Below, piece after piece: positions 13,335 to 26,980 of a stretch of 64,000 nucleotides of DNA (within the stretch, counting starts at the first letter, position 1; each line of letters opens with the position of its first letter). Under the pieces are notes generated by a model, which was given only the letters and a program-made list of their open reading frames with translations, had not been told where the DNA came from and ran no database searches. Both the position numbers and the translations under genes were made by a program. Origin of the DNA: Lama glama. Lineage: Eukaryota. The stretch spans positions 67,520,001 through 67,584,000 of the forward strand of contig CM052816.1 of the NCBI GenBank assembly GCA_028534125.1. The letters run 5' to 3'.

Positions 13335-13502
13335 GGCTTCTTCTCCTCAAAGTTTGGTTCAAGGATTTGCAACATCAGCATCTCATCTCCTTCTTAGAAA
13401 CACAGAATCTTGGGCCTATTTCAAATATACTGAACTTGAATCTGCTGCTTCACAAGATGCCCAGGTGACTCTTATGTACATGAAAGCTGAAGAAGCTCTG
13501 GT
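13335..13502. mobile_element. MER5A/B hAT-Charlie MITE
   Basis: ctcaaagtttggttc...cagcatc...agaaacacagaatcttgggcc...gaatctgc...ccaggtgactctta. Confidence 0.7.
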
Positions 13503-13899
13503 CCCAGGAGGATTGTTCTTATTTAATTAATTAATTCATTCATTCATTCATTCATTCATTTTAGAGGATAGTTTTTAAGCTGTTAATAGACTTAAATGCT
13601 GGTGAGAAGAATCCATTAGAGAGGGAGAAATTGAAGATGAGGAGAGAGAATTCTCTCTGGAAGTTCAAAGAAAAAGAAAATGTCCACTTAATAAACATCA
13701 GTTGTTGTGTCTAGATCTCTGGGCTAGTGCCAGGAGGAGTAATCATAAAACCTAAAGTCTAATAGAGGGTCAGCTTCAAGAAAAGCAGAGAACAGAAGTC
13801 CAGTATGACCCCTGGATCTATTAAGAGAAAATACAATTTGGGCTCAAACTTTCCAAATCAATTCCAAATTATGGAGAATGGGCACATAATGTTTCAGTT

Positions 13900-15965
13900 T
13901 GTTTTCATTTTGGAAATTTCCAAGATCATGCAGAAATAGAAAAAATGAGGGATATTAGAATGTACTCTTCACTCAGTTGCAACAACCTTTTATCAACAAG
14001 CATTTTTTTTCTGTCTAGAGTATTTTAAAACAAAACTCAGGCATCGTATCATTTCACCCCTAAATAATTCAAAATCCATCTTATAAAATAATGATTTTTC
14101 TTTAATAGCTAACAAAATAAAAAATTATTCCTTAACGTTATCTAATACCCATTCCTTATTCATATTTCTCTGATTGTCTACCAAATATTTTTTTATAGTT
14201 TGTTCCCAAACAATGGTCACTATATTACATTTGGGTATTATGTCTCTCCAGCATTTTTAATCCAGAACAATGCTCCTCCCCTCTCTCCCCAACTCGTTTA
14301 CACCATTGATTTGATGAAGAAATTGTTAGGTGTGCTGTGGGATGTTCAACAAAAAGATTTGGATAGTTGCTTCCTCAATGAGTGGTTTAACTTGTTTCTC
14401 TAGCTTCTAAGTGTTCTGTATGATGGAAATTAGAACTAACTACTTGATAGGGTCCTTTTGGCAAGAATACATCATAGGTGGTAGTATGTACTTCGTAATC
14501 CATCATATCAGGATGTGCATTATGTCCCATTATTCCATTTTGATGGACAACATTGGTAAGTGGCTTCCAGCACACTGAAAGCTTGATCCCTTCATTATAA
14601 AGCTTCCTATCAACCATTACCCATTTTTTTTAACATCCACTGATTTTTCTTTTAATTTATTTTTTTAATGGGTTCCCAGACATTTGGTCAAATATTATTT
14701 TGGTTGTTTCTGTGACAGTTAGGTTTTTAATTTTTTTTGGATGAGTTTAATATTTAAATCAATAGACTGGATAGAGCAGATTGCTTTCCTTAATGGGAGT
14801 GGGCCTCATCCAATCAGTTGAAGGTCTGAATACAAAAGGCTGACCCTCTGCTAAATAAGGAGGAATTCCTTCTGCCTGACTGCCTTCAAGCTGGAACATC
14901 ATTTTTTCTCCCTGCCTTTGGATTCGAATTGAAGCTTCAGCTTCTCCTGGGTCTAGAGCCTGCTGGCCTCTGGACTAGAACTGTACCATCAGCTCTCCTG
15001 GGTCTCCAGTTTGCTGACTGCAGATCTGAGGACTTGTCAGTCACCATATTCATGTAAGCCAATTCTTTATAATAATTCACTCTTCTCTAGATCAATCGAT
15101 CTATCTATCTATCTTTCTGTCTCTCTATCAATCCTATTGGTTCTGTTTCTCTGGAGAACATTGATTAACACACCCACGTATCTCTCTCTCTTTTTTTCCC
15201 TTGTAGTTTTGTGTGTGTGTGTGTGTTGTTGTTGTTGAAGAAACTGGGTTGTATTTCCCATGGTTTCCACTGTCCACTGGATTTTGCATCCCAGTCTTGT
15301 CATTTAACATGTTCTTCTGTCCTTTAAATTGGACAAAAAATTGGATCTAGTGATTAACCGGATTTACACGGGCTTTTTAATTTCTAAGACAATTTTATGA
15401 GTGGTGCTGTGTGTACTTCTATCAGGTGGTACATAAAGTCCAATTGTGTTTTTTGTGATGTTAGCAGCCACTGATGATCATTGACTAAACCTGTTAATTC
15501 ATTAGAGATTGCAAGATGGTGATATTCTAATCATATTGTTCCTTCTTTCTATGTGTAATTCTGTAAAAAGAAACTTGGCTTATCAAGTATTGGTTACCCT
15601 GCAGTACAGTGTAGATAGGAAATACAGGAGTAATGATTAATTCTTTGCCCTATTTACCAGTTTTCAAACTTAATGAATCAGTTCACTAGCACCTACCAAA
15701 AGTGACCAATTAGTTGGATGTTTTAAAAGTATCATTTTAAATACAAGGCTTAAATACATTTGGTATGTTTTAATGTTGAAATTATTATTCTTAGTGATGC
15801 TCAAATTGACCATTCTTGGCCATGAAAGCTTGTTCTAGAAGGCTTCTGAATTCTTTTGATATGAACCTGGTAGTCTCCGGAATCAGCCACTCCTCCAAGG
15901 AGCCAGAGTTCCTTTTAACGAAGAAAGATGTGTAGAAAATACATTCTGGCCACTAGGGTTCTCCT
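13900..15965 (-). mobile_element. Old L1MC/ME 3' region interrupted by MLT2
   Basis: Degenerate L1M 3'UTR text on both sides of the MLT2 LTR. Confidence 0.55.
14668..15172 (+). mobile_element. MLT2 (ERVL) LTR
   Basis: ccagacatttggtcaaatattatt...gggcctcatccaatcagttgaaggtctgaata...cctattggttctgtttctctggagaac...aacaca. Confidence 0.85.
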
Positions 15966-17169
15966 TGCTCCATGTTGCTTTAAAACAAAATGAGCTCAGA
16001 GTAGACCTTCCTTCTTGACTCTTGGATTGAAGAGTTTCTACAGAAAGTCACTTTACCCTACAGACAAAAACAGTTGCCACATTTTTAAGAGTTAGGAAAG
16101 AGACAAGAAGCAGAGAGAGCTGACATAGATTCTGGACAGACACCTCCAGTTTATGATCCCTGCCAGAAAAATCAAGTCTTTCTGATCTGAAAACAGCTTA
16201 GGGGCAGAACTTAACTATGGCATCCTGGGTGGTAGAAACAATGTAAAGAGGACATTCCATAGCCTACGTCCGCCGCTATCAGGTTCTGCGTTGCTCCAGA
16301 TTCTGCCAAGCTGATGTCCAATTGGTATGATAAAAAGACCACAGACACAAAACTTAAAAATAAATCTTTGTTATTTCCGACAACTGCATGGCAGTAAGGG
16401 AGGAGAAATGCTCACTAACCAGTAGTCAGAGGACCACCACACCCCAATTCATTAACACACCAAGATTATAAGGTTTCTTTTATCCTCAAAAAGACAACCT
16501 GAGATCCTCTGGTCAGTAGGGAAGTTGTAGCCTTGGGACTCTTAAGTAAGGAGAAGAGAGTCTCTTAACACTTAGGAAGGAGAGAGAAAATTTTGTGATA
16601 TTCATCAGGGAAGGAGAAAGTGGGCCTTATTTATAATCATATTAATAAATGTAAAAAAATGCTGCTTTAAAAAGAAGCTGAAACATGCATTTGAATGGAG
16701 TCACAGTCCTGTAAACCTTAAGGAGTCATCATTTTGTTGAGACCTCAGCTCTCTCTCACTATAACCATTTACTCTCTCTTGCTGTGAAAGGTCTGATTTT
16801 ATCTTCCTTGATCAGTGAGACCTTGCATTTGGGAACTGCCCCTTCACCCCTGCTCTGATACACTGAGACACTGCCCCCTCCCAATATTCTCTGATTGGAT
16901 AGCTCTTTTGTTCTTCTCACTAAGCAGGGAAACCAGTGGAGCCCCCCTTAAAACCGGAGAGGATCCCATTGTCCAGGATGCAATAGGAAGCTTTTTAGTA
17001 ATCTTGTTCACTTCACTTTCTTAGGTTTGACCCATAGTCAGGCTCCCCAGATTTCAGATCCTTCCTCCTTATCTGCAGAGCTATCTCATTAGAGGAGCTT
17101 GTGATCATTTTAGACCGCCTCCAAGAAACCAAGTCCCAGAAATTGGTGACTGACACTCAGACACCTGGG

Positions 17170-17420
17170 CAATTAGGAGGGTGGGTTCTGGCTTTAGATT
17201 GCCTGGATTCAACTTTTAGCTCCATCACTTGCCAGCTGAGTGACCTCAGCCAAGTATTTAACTTATTTTTGTGTGTGTGTGTTTTAGTATCCTCATCTCT
17301 AAAATGGAGATTACATTAATTTTGTATCTTGTACAACTGCTATGAAGAATGAGCCAATGTATGAAAAATTCTTAGTATGCTCTTTTAAGTTCTAGTATAT
17401 AAAAAGTTCAAAAATGATAT
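17170..17420 (+). mobile_element. MIR SINE
   Basis: cctggattcaac...ctccatcacttgccagctgagtgacctcagccaagt...cctcatctctaaaatggag. Confidence 0.75.
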
Positions 17421-18291
17421 CTGTTATTCATAGGGCAAAATAGTCTTCTGAAGCAGAAGCAGTTCAGCACATCTGGACTGAGAAAATTCCAGCCTCAGTC
17501 ATTGCCACTCACGTGTATTGCTTTGATATTGCATTTTATTCTTTGGTTTGAAATAGCATCTTTGATTAGAGAAAAGAAGGTTTGGTTGCTTGTTTTACTT
17601 TTCAGAAATCTTTAAGGGGCCAAACTGTCCTGCCTATTGTGAAGGAGGAATCCATCAGTCTGACACCAGGCTTGGGAGAGTCCTCATTCCTCTTTAGTAT
17701 GACCTTCCCTGTACAGAACCAGTTTAATAAGACCCTTTCTTTCTCCTCCCCTCGCCAACACAAACTTGCCATTCCTAACATCAGGAAGTGGCAGCATCAC
17801 CCCACTCAGTCACCCGTGACTTCTTTCTCATTCACCTGGAATCCAGCCTTTCTTGTTGGCCCTCTCAGACATCACTGTTTCCAGATGCCATTTTCTCTAC
17901 CTGGGTTTCAGGTAATAGCCTCCTAAGTTATTCAGCTACCTGCCTGCAGTCTTGCCTCTTTCAAATCCACTGGCTTTGGCCATAAGAAAGTCATTTCAGT
18001 GGATGGTGAGGTTCTAGGTCAGATTGGAAATTGAAGAGAAAAAAAGATATGGGGACAGTGAACATGGGGAACACTGGAGGAGCTTACTTGGGAGCCTGAG
18101 GAGAGAACAGAGATGAAATAGGTTTTCTAGAGTGATCGTGGGTAAAATTCCTCAAAACAAACATGATTATGACCAGGGGGGCAGGGATGAAGGATGAACA
18201 AGAAAGCAGCCTGTGTCCCAGGATCTGGTGCAAGAAGAAAAGGAAAGGTATGGTGAATTAGGGCTTCAATTATGAAACACTTGTGTGTGTT

Positions 18292-18315
18292 TTTAGACAT
18301 CACGTGATGTCTAAA
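18292..18315. repeat. Perfect 24-bp palindrome TTTAGACATCACGTGATGTCTAAA
   Basis: Self reverse-complementary, checked base by base. Confidence 0.95.
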
Positions 18316-19623
18316 TGATAAAAATATTTGAGATCATTTTATGTATTAAGGTTCAAATGCATAAGTCAGCAATGTTTAGATAACATTAATACAGTACCAG
18401 GAAAAATTAGTGAACAATATATAATTTTTTTTATCCCTTACTGTGGTACAAAGAAGGATTTTAAAAATCAATGTGATGGTTAATTTTAACTTGTTTTAAA
18501 TGAAAGATTTTTCCCCAACACTAGGGCAATTTTCTTTCGGTAGCTGAGTGCATTCGTAGCAGCGGATTTCACATGTACCCCCATCCCAACACCCCCCCAC
18601 AATCAAACGGCACTCAGTGCTTCAGATGGCTCTGCTGCTAAATCCAAGATAAGTCTTACTTGCTCGCCTTTTCTTAGCTTGTCAGGTTCCTGTTTTGTTT
18701 TAAGATACCGGACTAAGGTTTTTTGTTTTTGTTTTTGTTTTTGTTTTTTCCTTTGTTGACTCTTTCTAGGAACCCTTGAATCCTAATCTAGATTAAAGTT
18801 TCCCACTAGGCAACAGCATCACATTTTCAATCTTTGTGTTCTACATCAAAGACCACCTTTCCTGGGCTTTGTCTTCATCTCATCTTATTTTTCTGGTTTA
18901 TCACATTTATCTTTAGTCAGTGAATTGAAACATTCTATCTGCACAACAAATCTCCCCAATGGTTTAATACTTCAAAGTTTACAAAACTGTTTCAATAAGC
19001 CGTTCCTTAATGCTGTGAGGTAGCCTGCAAATTCTTACTGGCTTTATTTTATGTAAGAACAAACAACAACCACAGAGATGTAGGGCTGAATAAATTTATC
19101 CATCTTAAAAAAAAAAGCCCATAAGTATTTGCAGAGGAGCATCTATTACATTCTGTAACTTTAAATATATGTCATTTATATTTAATAATTGGATAGAAAA
19201 TGCAAAGATAAGTTATGAGAACATAATATCACTTAGGACACATATATTGCTTCTATAATTTATATGAAATAAACATGACCACTTATTTATTTTAGTTTGC
19301 ATTTGATGTATTTTATTTTTTTTCTTTGTCATATAGGTGAATGTTCATAGAACAATTTATATACGGGATATAAGAGCACACATAGAATTTTAAACATTTG
19401 TTATGAATCCTTCATATAATTTTGATCTAAGTAGGAGACAAAACATATGAAGTATTTTTCTTTCTAGTTTATAGGAAAGCAAAGACTAATGTATCTTTTA
19501 AAGTGATAACATTAATTTAAAAAATAGGGAATTGAATGGTATAATTAAAACTGAAAACAGTTTGATTTGTAGTGGTATTGGGATTATGAGTGAAATTTTC
19601 TTCGTTTTATTTCAACTTATGTT

Positions 19624-19666
19624 TAGGCTATTACAGGTAATAGCTGTAATAGGCTATTACAGCTAT
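19624..19666. repeat. 13-bp-arm inverted repeat with overlapping direct repeat
   Basis: ATAGCTGTAATAG-G-CTATTACAGCTAT at 19640-19666. TAGGCTATTACAG at 19624-19636 and 19650-19662. Confidence 0.9.
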
Positions 19667-20529
19667 CATGTATGATAAATAAAATTAAAGTATTGAAAAA
19701 ACACATACATAAGGCATATATAAACTAAATTTTAAAAATTAATTCTATACTTAAAAGAATTGAAAATTATTAAAATGTCTCAACATTTTTGTAATTACAT
19801 CTAAGGCTAATAATTTTCAGAAGGTTGGTTGTTATCATAGACAGGATTAAACCAGGTAAAGAGTCTGATTGGTTGTTAATAATTGACTAATAGAAAGCTA
19901 TAGCTATTATCTAAAGTAAATGATAAAGTATTTTAATTTAGCTGCATAACATGGAATACAGTGAATTCTCAATCAAAACAAAATAAACCCACAAATCATC
20001 AGAGTTTCTTTTGGTCAATCTTTTAAGGAGAAACAGGAAAAAAATTAAGAACATGTGTATGCTTTGTGTCAATATCCCCAAACTTTCAGTATGTGTTTGG
20101 CTCTGGTAGAGATTGAGATCAGTTGTTTTGTCTAGATTTAGAAAATTTTTTATGAAGTTCAAAATTAAAGGTCAACACTGAGTTAAACAAACAAAAATCG
20201 AGTAAAGACACTTGATGTCCCCAAAGAAAATAATTATTTGTTACTCAGTATAAATTAATGAAATGATGCATAGTGAGATAAATAGAATCACAGAACCATG
20301 GCAGCATTTCATCTTTGACATGGAATGAAGATGAGAATTTTAGATGCAGCCTGTGGGCTCTGCATGATGTTTATTCTTTCAAATCATGTCACATTGCCTA
20401 GACCAGTTTAGTTTAGCCATCATTTATAGATCTTTTGCCTGGGGCTAAGTATTATGCCGAGAGCTAGAGACTCCAAGTTCAGAAAATCCATCCCTTTCCC
20501 TCTTGCTCCCATCCTCCTGGATAGAGCAA

Positions 20530-21250
20530 TGGTATTTTGTTTGCTTAGCCATTTAGACAAGTGTGAAATATTATGGAAAAAGATGTAAAACATAAAAGTA
20601 TGTTTAGTGAATAATTAGAAAGCAAGCACAGTTATAATCACCCCACGAGGTCAAGAAATAATGCCAACAGTAGTGTAATCACCTCTCAAAGCAGAGGATA
20701 AGACAATGCTAGCATCCCTGAAGCACCTCCCATTCCCTGTGACCCTTCCCAGTAATATTTCTTTTCATCTTCCCCAGAGGTAACTTTTCTCCTGATTTTA
20801 TATTAATCACTTCTTTGTTCTTCTTCCTAGTTTTTTTTTTAACATTCTTGGTATGCCTCCCCTAAATAATATAGTTTAGTTTTGCTTGCTTTTGAACTTC
20901 ATATAAATGTAATCATACTGCCCATATTATTTTTTTCTTGTTTTTGCCACTCAACATTGTAAGATTCATCCAGGTTGTTCCATGTAGTTGGATTATCCAT
21001 TTTGATTGCTGTATACCACAATTTATTTATCCATTCTTCTGCTGATGGAAAGTAAAATTGTTTCCATTTTGAGGCTTTTAGGAACTATGCTTCCTCTTGA
21101 CATGTCCCATGGTTCTCATATGTATGAGTTTCAGTCTTGGGTGTATACCTAAGTGTAGAACTGGGTGGGTGTATTTTTCACTTTGTGTCAGACTGTTTTT
21201 CAAAGTTGTGACAATTCACATTTCCATTGTAACATATGAGAGTGCTCATT
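20530..21250 (-). mobile_element. Old L1ME-like fragment
   Basis: ccccagaggtaac...tttgaacttcatataaatg...acaatttatttatccattct typical of reverse L1M 3' text. Confidence 0.65.
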
Positions 21251-22849
21251 TTAGAATGGTGGTGTGCATGCTATGCTCCACACAGCATCATTCAGGGGCT
21301 GCAGAAGTGGGCAGGGTAGGAGTTGGCCAACTTCTATGTCCCCACACCAATTCACTCAGTGCAGCTTTCATGTTTTTCATATTAAGCATCAGCAATTTTT
21401 TACTAGAAAAAAAAGTTTGGATGGCTTAAAAAGAAAGGGATTGAAAATAACTGATCTGGAAGACAAATTATATACCTAAAACATTATAGGCTCAATAAAT
21501 GTCGAATGTTGAATGACAAACGAATGAATAAAAATATGAATGAATAGATTTTCAGAAATAAGGGTTATAAAAGAATATCTAGTTCTTTCCATCTATGGCC
21601 TTTTTCCACAGGGAGATAGGCTGCAGGGAAAGGTTATGTGAAGAGCAGGGATTTGTCTTGCTTTTATTCTTATTTTCCAGTAACCCAGAGAGGGACAGAG
21701 AGAATCAGTGCAAGTGAGAGAGAAGAGAGAGGAAGAGGGGAGAGACAGAGATACAGAAAGAGAAGAGAGGAAGGGGGGGAGGAAGTGGAGGAAAAGGGTA
21801 GATTTTTTTCTCTACAAATCATCCCATTTTACTGAGTAAGTTCTCAGAGCATAATCTGAAAACCAGATAGCCACAAGAAACTTTCTTGGTCTCATCACAG
21901 CACAGTTTCTTCACCTTTGAGTTATTTTGTTCTTGATGCTCCTTGGGAGCTTGGGTCTGTGTTAGCCTTGAGAACCTCGCCACACCCCATTGGTCTCCCC
22001 AGCTGCCCTTTGGAAGTCCTCATGACTCCCTTAAACTCAGCTACAAGGACTGGGTCTAGGGTTCCTCAGGAGGCTGAGGACCTCCAGAAACTGTCCCTGC
22101 TGTCGATGTCCTGCTTGTTGATGTTCTTTAACCACAATTGGTTTGTAGGCTCTTTTAGTTCAGACAACCCCCGCAGAACTATGATGCCTGTTGAACATCT
22201 ATATAATCCTTGATGTTATAGCAACCAAAAAGGAAAACATTCAAGAATCTTGGAAGTCTTTTATTCCAAAAATGGTTAACTAAAAAGAATGTGATCTTCT
22301 TAATAATGTTTCTCTGTCCTCATTTTATTCAAAGTGCCTGTATAATTTAAATTCTACTGGTGATGAGGTGGTGAGTTACTTGAAAATAATCAATACTATC
22401 TATGTTAACTTTTCTCTTTTCTTTAAGGCTCTGTTTCTAGTTCTTTCACCTGTAGGTGTACACATTTTCCAATTTTGGAAAACCCACATAATTTTCTTTA
22501 AAGTTAATATTAATATGAAACTCAAGCCCATTTATATTATGAATTCCATCATTCACAGTTATGGCTGTAATTGAGGATCTTATATTATTTGATCTAAGGA
22601 TAATAAAAATGAATACAGCTATGGTCAGATCAAAGTGGGTTTTCAACACATGCAACCCAAAACTAAATGGGATAATTTAATACTGCCTAATATAATATTC
22701 AATATTCATAGAGTGCTTCCCTCAATTTCCTCGGTCGAATTTATTATTCTCTTTAAAGGACAAATCTGAATAAAGAAACCACCACAGATGCTATTGCATA
22801 TCAGTTTTAACACCTGGAAATTCTTAACATATGTGAACTACTTTTCAAA

Positions 22850-24080
22850 GACATTCATCCATTCTGTAATCATTTGTAGACTGCTTACTAGGCACTGTGT
22901 TAGGCACTGAGAATACAAAAGTAAATTAAAACTAAACAAGAAATGATTGGTCCCTTACTGATTATTTGGGTGACAAAGAATAGGGAAAAGAGACCTAGAG
23001 AAGAAATGAGACAGTAATTAAAATTACTAAAAAGTGGAATACATGCTATAACTGAGGTCAGTGGAAGGTGCAATGGGAGTTTGGAGTAAGGGGAGCATGT
23101 GGCAATGATGGGTGTAATTTGGGGAAACTTCCTAGAGCAGCTGAATCTGAAAAATAGTAAGAGCCAGGCAAAGGGAGACAGCAAGGACATTCCAGAGAGA
23201 GGTGGGCAGGAAATGTAAAAATCCATAAGTAAAAAGGAGTATCCTGTGGTCCCAGAATTGCAAGGGGCTTAGTATGACTAGAAATTAGATGAGGTGGAGA
23301 GGAATAAGAAATGAGGCTGGAGAGGTGAGTAGACACCACCTACATCTCCACAGTGACCCACTAGGCCATGGTAGTGGGTTAAGTAGTGTCCTCTGCCCCA
23401 ATTAATATCTACTTGGAACCTGAGAATGTGAGGTTATTTGGAAATAGAGTTTTTGCTAATGCAATTAGTTAAGGATCTCAAGATGAGATCTCAAGATGAA
23501 TTCTCAAGAAGAATGACTGATGTCCTTATGAGAAGAAGAAAGTACTCGGACACACAGAAAAGAAGTCCATGTGAAGATGAAGGCAGAGTTTGGAATGATG
23601 CAGCTCGAGCCAAGGAATGCCAAAGATTGACAGGAGTCACTGGAATCTAGGAAAAGATAAGGAAGGACTCTTCCCTAGAGACTTCAGAGGGAGCATGGCC
23701 CTGCCAACATCTTGATTTTGGACTTCTAGCCTCCAGAACTGTGAAAGAATAAATTTCTGTGGTTTTAAGTTGTGAAATTTGTGGTCATCTGTTACAGCAG
23801 GCTTGGGAAACTAATCCAGTTGTAATAAGGAGTTTGAATTGATGTACAGGTACCTACATGTCAGGTGTCAGCCTTGATGTCCTACAAAAATATTAGGAAA
23901 TGATGTCAAACTCTAAAAAAAGGCCATCTGGCTGCAGTGTAGAGGATGGATGCAAAGAAGACTGAATATAGGGATGCTTTGGAAGGATCTAGGAAAAGAC
24001 AGCCTGAACTAGAGAAGTGAGAGAATACGGAAGAGAGGTGGTTACATTGGTGAAATTTTGACAGAACTTGATGAAGGACT
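22850..24080 (-). mobile_element. L2 fragment interrupted by MLT1
   Basis: cattcatccatt...ctaggcactgtgttaggcactgag is the reverse L2 3' end. L2 text resumes after ~23820. Confidence 0.65.
23370..23818 (+). mobile_element. MLT1B/C MaLR solo LTR
   Basis: gaatgtgaggttatttggaaatagag...gccaaggaatgcc...ttttggacttctagcctccagaactgtga...aataaatttctgt...ggaaactaat. Confidence 0.88.
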
Positions 24081-24894
24081 AACTCTCGACATGTAGTCTA
24101 GCTTTCCCACAACCCCTTCAAAAAGCATCTGTTCCCGTCTACAGATCCAGCTAATTCAGAGGACATAGCAGATGTATTTTCACCACTTGACTCTGATAAG
24201 TTGGGGCAATCTGATTCTCTCCTGGTATAAATTGGGATATTCAGTGACATCAGAGAAATGCTGTTGTGAGCTTGGCCTGAAAGGTCACACTGGGTCAGAA
24301 TTATAGGAGTCTTTAGTGAGCCATATATTAGCAGAAAAACCTAGTTTACAGAGGGAGGAAAGAGATAAAAGCCAAGAAAAACAATTCAAGTTAACTTGAG
24401 AGATAGTTTGAGGAAACAGATTCCCTTGCGAACAGATTATAATTCTTATAAAAGACTTTCATGTGATTATCCTTAAGCATATAATAAATCTTTTTATTTG
24501 CAATATCAAGTGGCTTTTCTATTTTGTAACCACAGTGTCTCATACTGTCATACCAGATGTTTGGCATGGGTCAGTGGATAGATAACACTACCATTCATCA
24601 GGAGGGAAGGATGAGAGAAAAAACAAGTTTTGAGGAAAAATTGTGAGTTTAGATTTGGAAAATTTGCCTCTGTGGTGCCCATTGGACATCTAGGCAAGTC
24701 CAGTGTGGGAAGACTGCTCCACACAAAAAATCATTGAACTTAAATATAATCAAGCCATTACCTAACTTTCAGTCTACAAAAAAAAATAAAAAAGAGGAAC
24801 AAGTTAAGCAACACTAAAGGGAAACAGTCAACCAAGTCCCGAATCTATAGGACAAACAATCATTTATTTCAACAAATAATTGGCATGGTGGCAC

Positions 24895-25675
24895 ATTGTA
24901 TATATATATACACCACATCTTCTTTCCATCCATCTGTTGGTGGGCACTTAGGTTGCATCCACATCTTGGCTGTTTGTAAATACTGCAAAATAATGCCTTA
25001 GGTGAAAGATCCAGTGCATGTATCTTTTCAAATTAGTGTTTAGTTTTCTTCAAATAAATACCAGGGGTGGAGTTGCTAGATCATATGATAGTTCCATTTT
25101 TAGTTTTTTTAGGAACCTCCATACTGTTTTCCATCATGGCTGCATCAAATTTACATTCCTACCAAGAGTGTACAAGTGTTCCCTTTTCTCTACATCCTCG
25201 CCAGCATTTGTTATTTGTAGACTTTGATGACAGCAGTTCTGACAGGTGTGAAGTGGTATCTCATTGTGGTTTCGATTTGCATTTTTCTAATACTTAGCGA
25301 TGTTGAACATCTTTTCAGGTACTTGTTGGCCATCTGTGTGTCTTCTTTGGGAAAATGTTTTTTCAGGTTTTCTGCACATTGCAAAAATCAGGTTATTCAG
25401 TTTTTTGATGTTGAGTTGTATGAATTGTTTATATATTTTGAATATTAACCCCTTATCAGTCATATCACTTGCAATATTTTATCCCATTCAGTAGGCTGTC
25501 TTTTCATTTTGTTAGTATTTCCTTTGCTGTGCAAAAGCATTTAAATTTAATAGGGTCCCCTTTGTTTATTTTAGCTTTTATTTCTTTTGCTTTAGGTGAC
25601 AGATCCAAAAAAATACTGCTACAATTTATGTCAAAATGTTTGCCTATGTTCTCTTCCAAGGAAATTACTGTTTAG
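24895..25675 (-). mobile_element. L1 ORF2 3' fragment
   Basis: Reverse L1 text: gacaggtgtgaagtggtatctcattgtggtt, cctttgctgtgcaaaagc. Confidence 0.88.
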
Positions 25676-26571
25676 CATATACAAGGAACTTTGCAAATTG
25701 GTAAGAAAAATTACAAAGTAATAATCAGGAAATCCAGCAGAATATGGACAAATGAGGGAAAATCTGAGTTGTTAAAAGGTAGGTAAAGAGATGCTTGATT
25801 TCACTAGTAATCCTTTCTCATGGGCAAGAAGGAATGCAACATAAAAGCATGTGTAGGAGTGGATTGAGGGCCATGGGGAATCTCAAATATTGCTGTGTAA
25901 ACTGGCACAGCCCTTCTCAGCTAATTAAGTATGTATAGACATATTCTATAGACAGCAGTTCCACTTCTGGGAACATAACTGAAAAATTTTTACACAGATC
26001 CTCAAGTAAACAGATAAAATAATGCTCATATGGAAAAAGGATAGAAAGGACACTAGAATGGAGGCTTATAGAAAAGAGAAAAGGGAATGGGAATAGCAAG
26101 CAGTAACCAAGGAAAATATGAAACAAAAGAACGGCCTTGAATGAACTGAGAATGATAGTGTGTGACAAACTGAGGAGTGTAACCAATTCAATTCGGTACA
26201 TGTGATATCACAACATACAAATATCTTATCCTTTGACAGCAATCCCATTTTCAGTAATTTTTAAAATAGAAACAAATGTATTAGCATAGAAGAATATATG
26301 AACAAGGATGTTTATTGTAGCATTTTTTGGTAATAGCAAAAATTATCACTTGTACACTCATCAACAGCTACATGGTTGAATAGATCACATTCTGTCCATA
26401 TGATGGAATATTATGCAGCTATTGAAAAGACTTACTTAGAGTTATATATATTGATCTGGAAAGATGTGCATAAAACACTAAGTGAAAAATGTAATGGGCA
26501 TGATATTATCTCATTTATTGTAAATCATATGTAAATAAGGAGAGAAAATTCCAACATATGTGTATTTATTT

Positions 26572-26980
26572 CTGTGTTAGTCAGTGTCTGGTTATCAGAA
26601 AAGAGAAATCAAATCAGTTTTATGAAGTGGAGAAATTAAAGATAAGATAATGGTGAATTAGGTATCAATTTGCTAATTAGATAGCTAAAAGAGAACTTGA
26701 AGAACCCTAGGTTAGGAGGTGTGATGACTCTGGTTCTGCAGTTGTTGGAAAAACTGTAAGCTGGGTTTAGCTACCCTCTGGGGCAATGGCTGTGGCTGCA
26801 GGACTGAAGGAGAATTGGTCATGATTGTCATGGATCTGTTAGCAAACCAGAAGGAAACAAGAATCCTAACAGGAAGCCAGGGAGCAAAGGAGAAATATGG
26901 TTTGCAGAGTCACAATCCCAGAATTACAAAACACAAGGGAAGGTTGGAGCTGAGAGTCATGGCGTAATAACTGATACCAG
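26572..26980 (-). mobile_element. LTR33-like ERVL LTR remnant within old L1 fragments
   Basis: Similar to 40410-40935 (ggagctgagag..aataactg end). Family call tentative. Confidence 0.4.

Noticed and set aside
16240..16660. Possible minus-strand LTR remnant
   Set aside because: I could not identify termini, TSD or family with confidence.
21915..22250. Possible coding exon(s) in unique sequence on either strand
   Set aside because: Minus frames contain stops, the plus ORF has no recognisable homology, and splice signals are weak.
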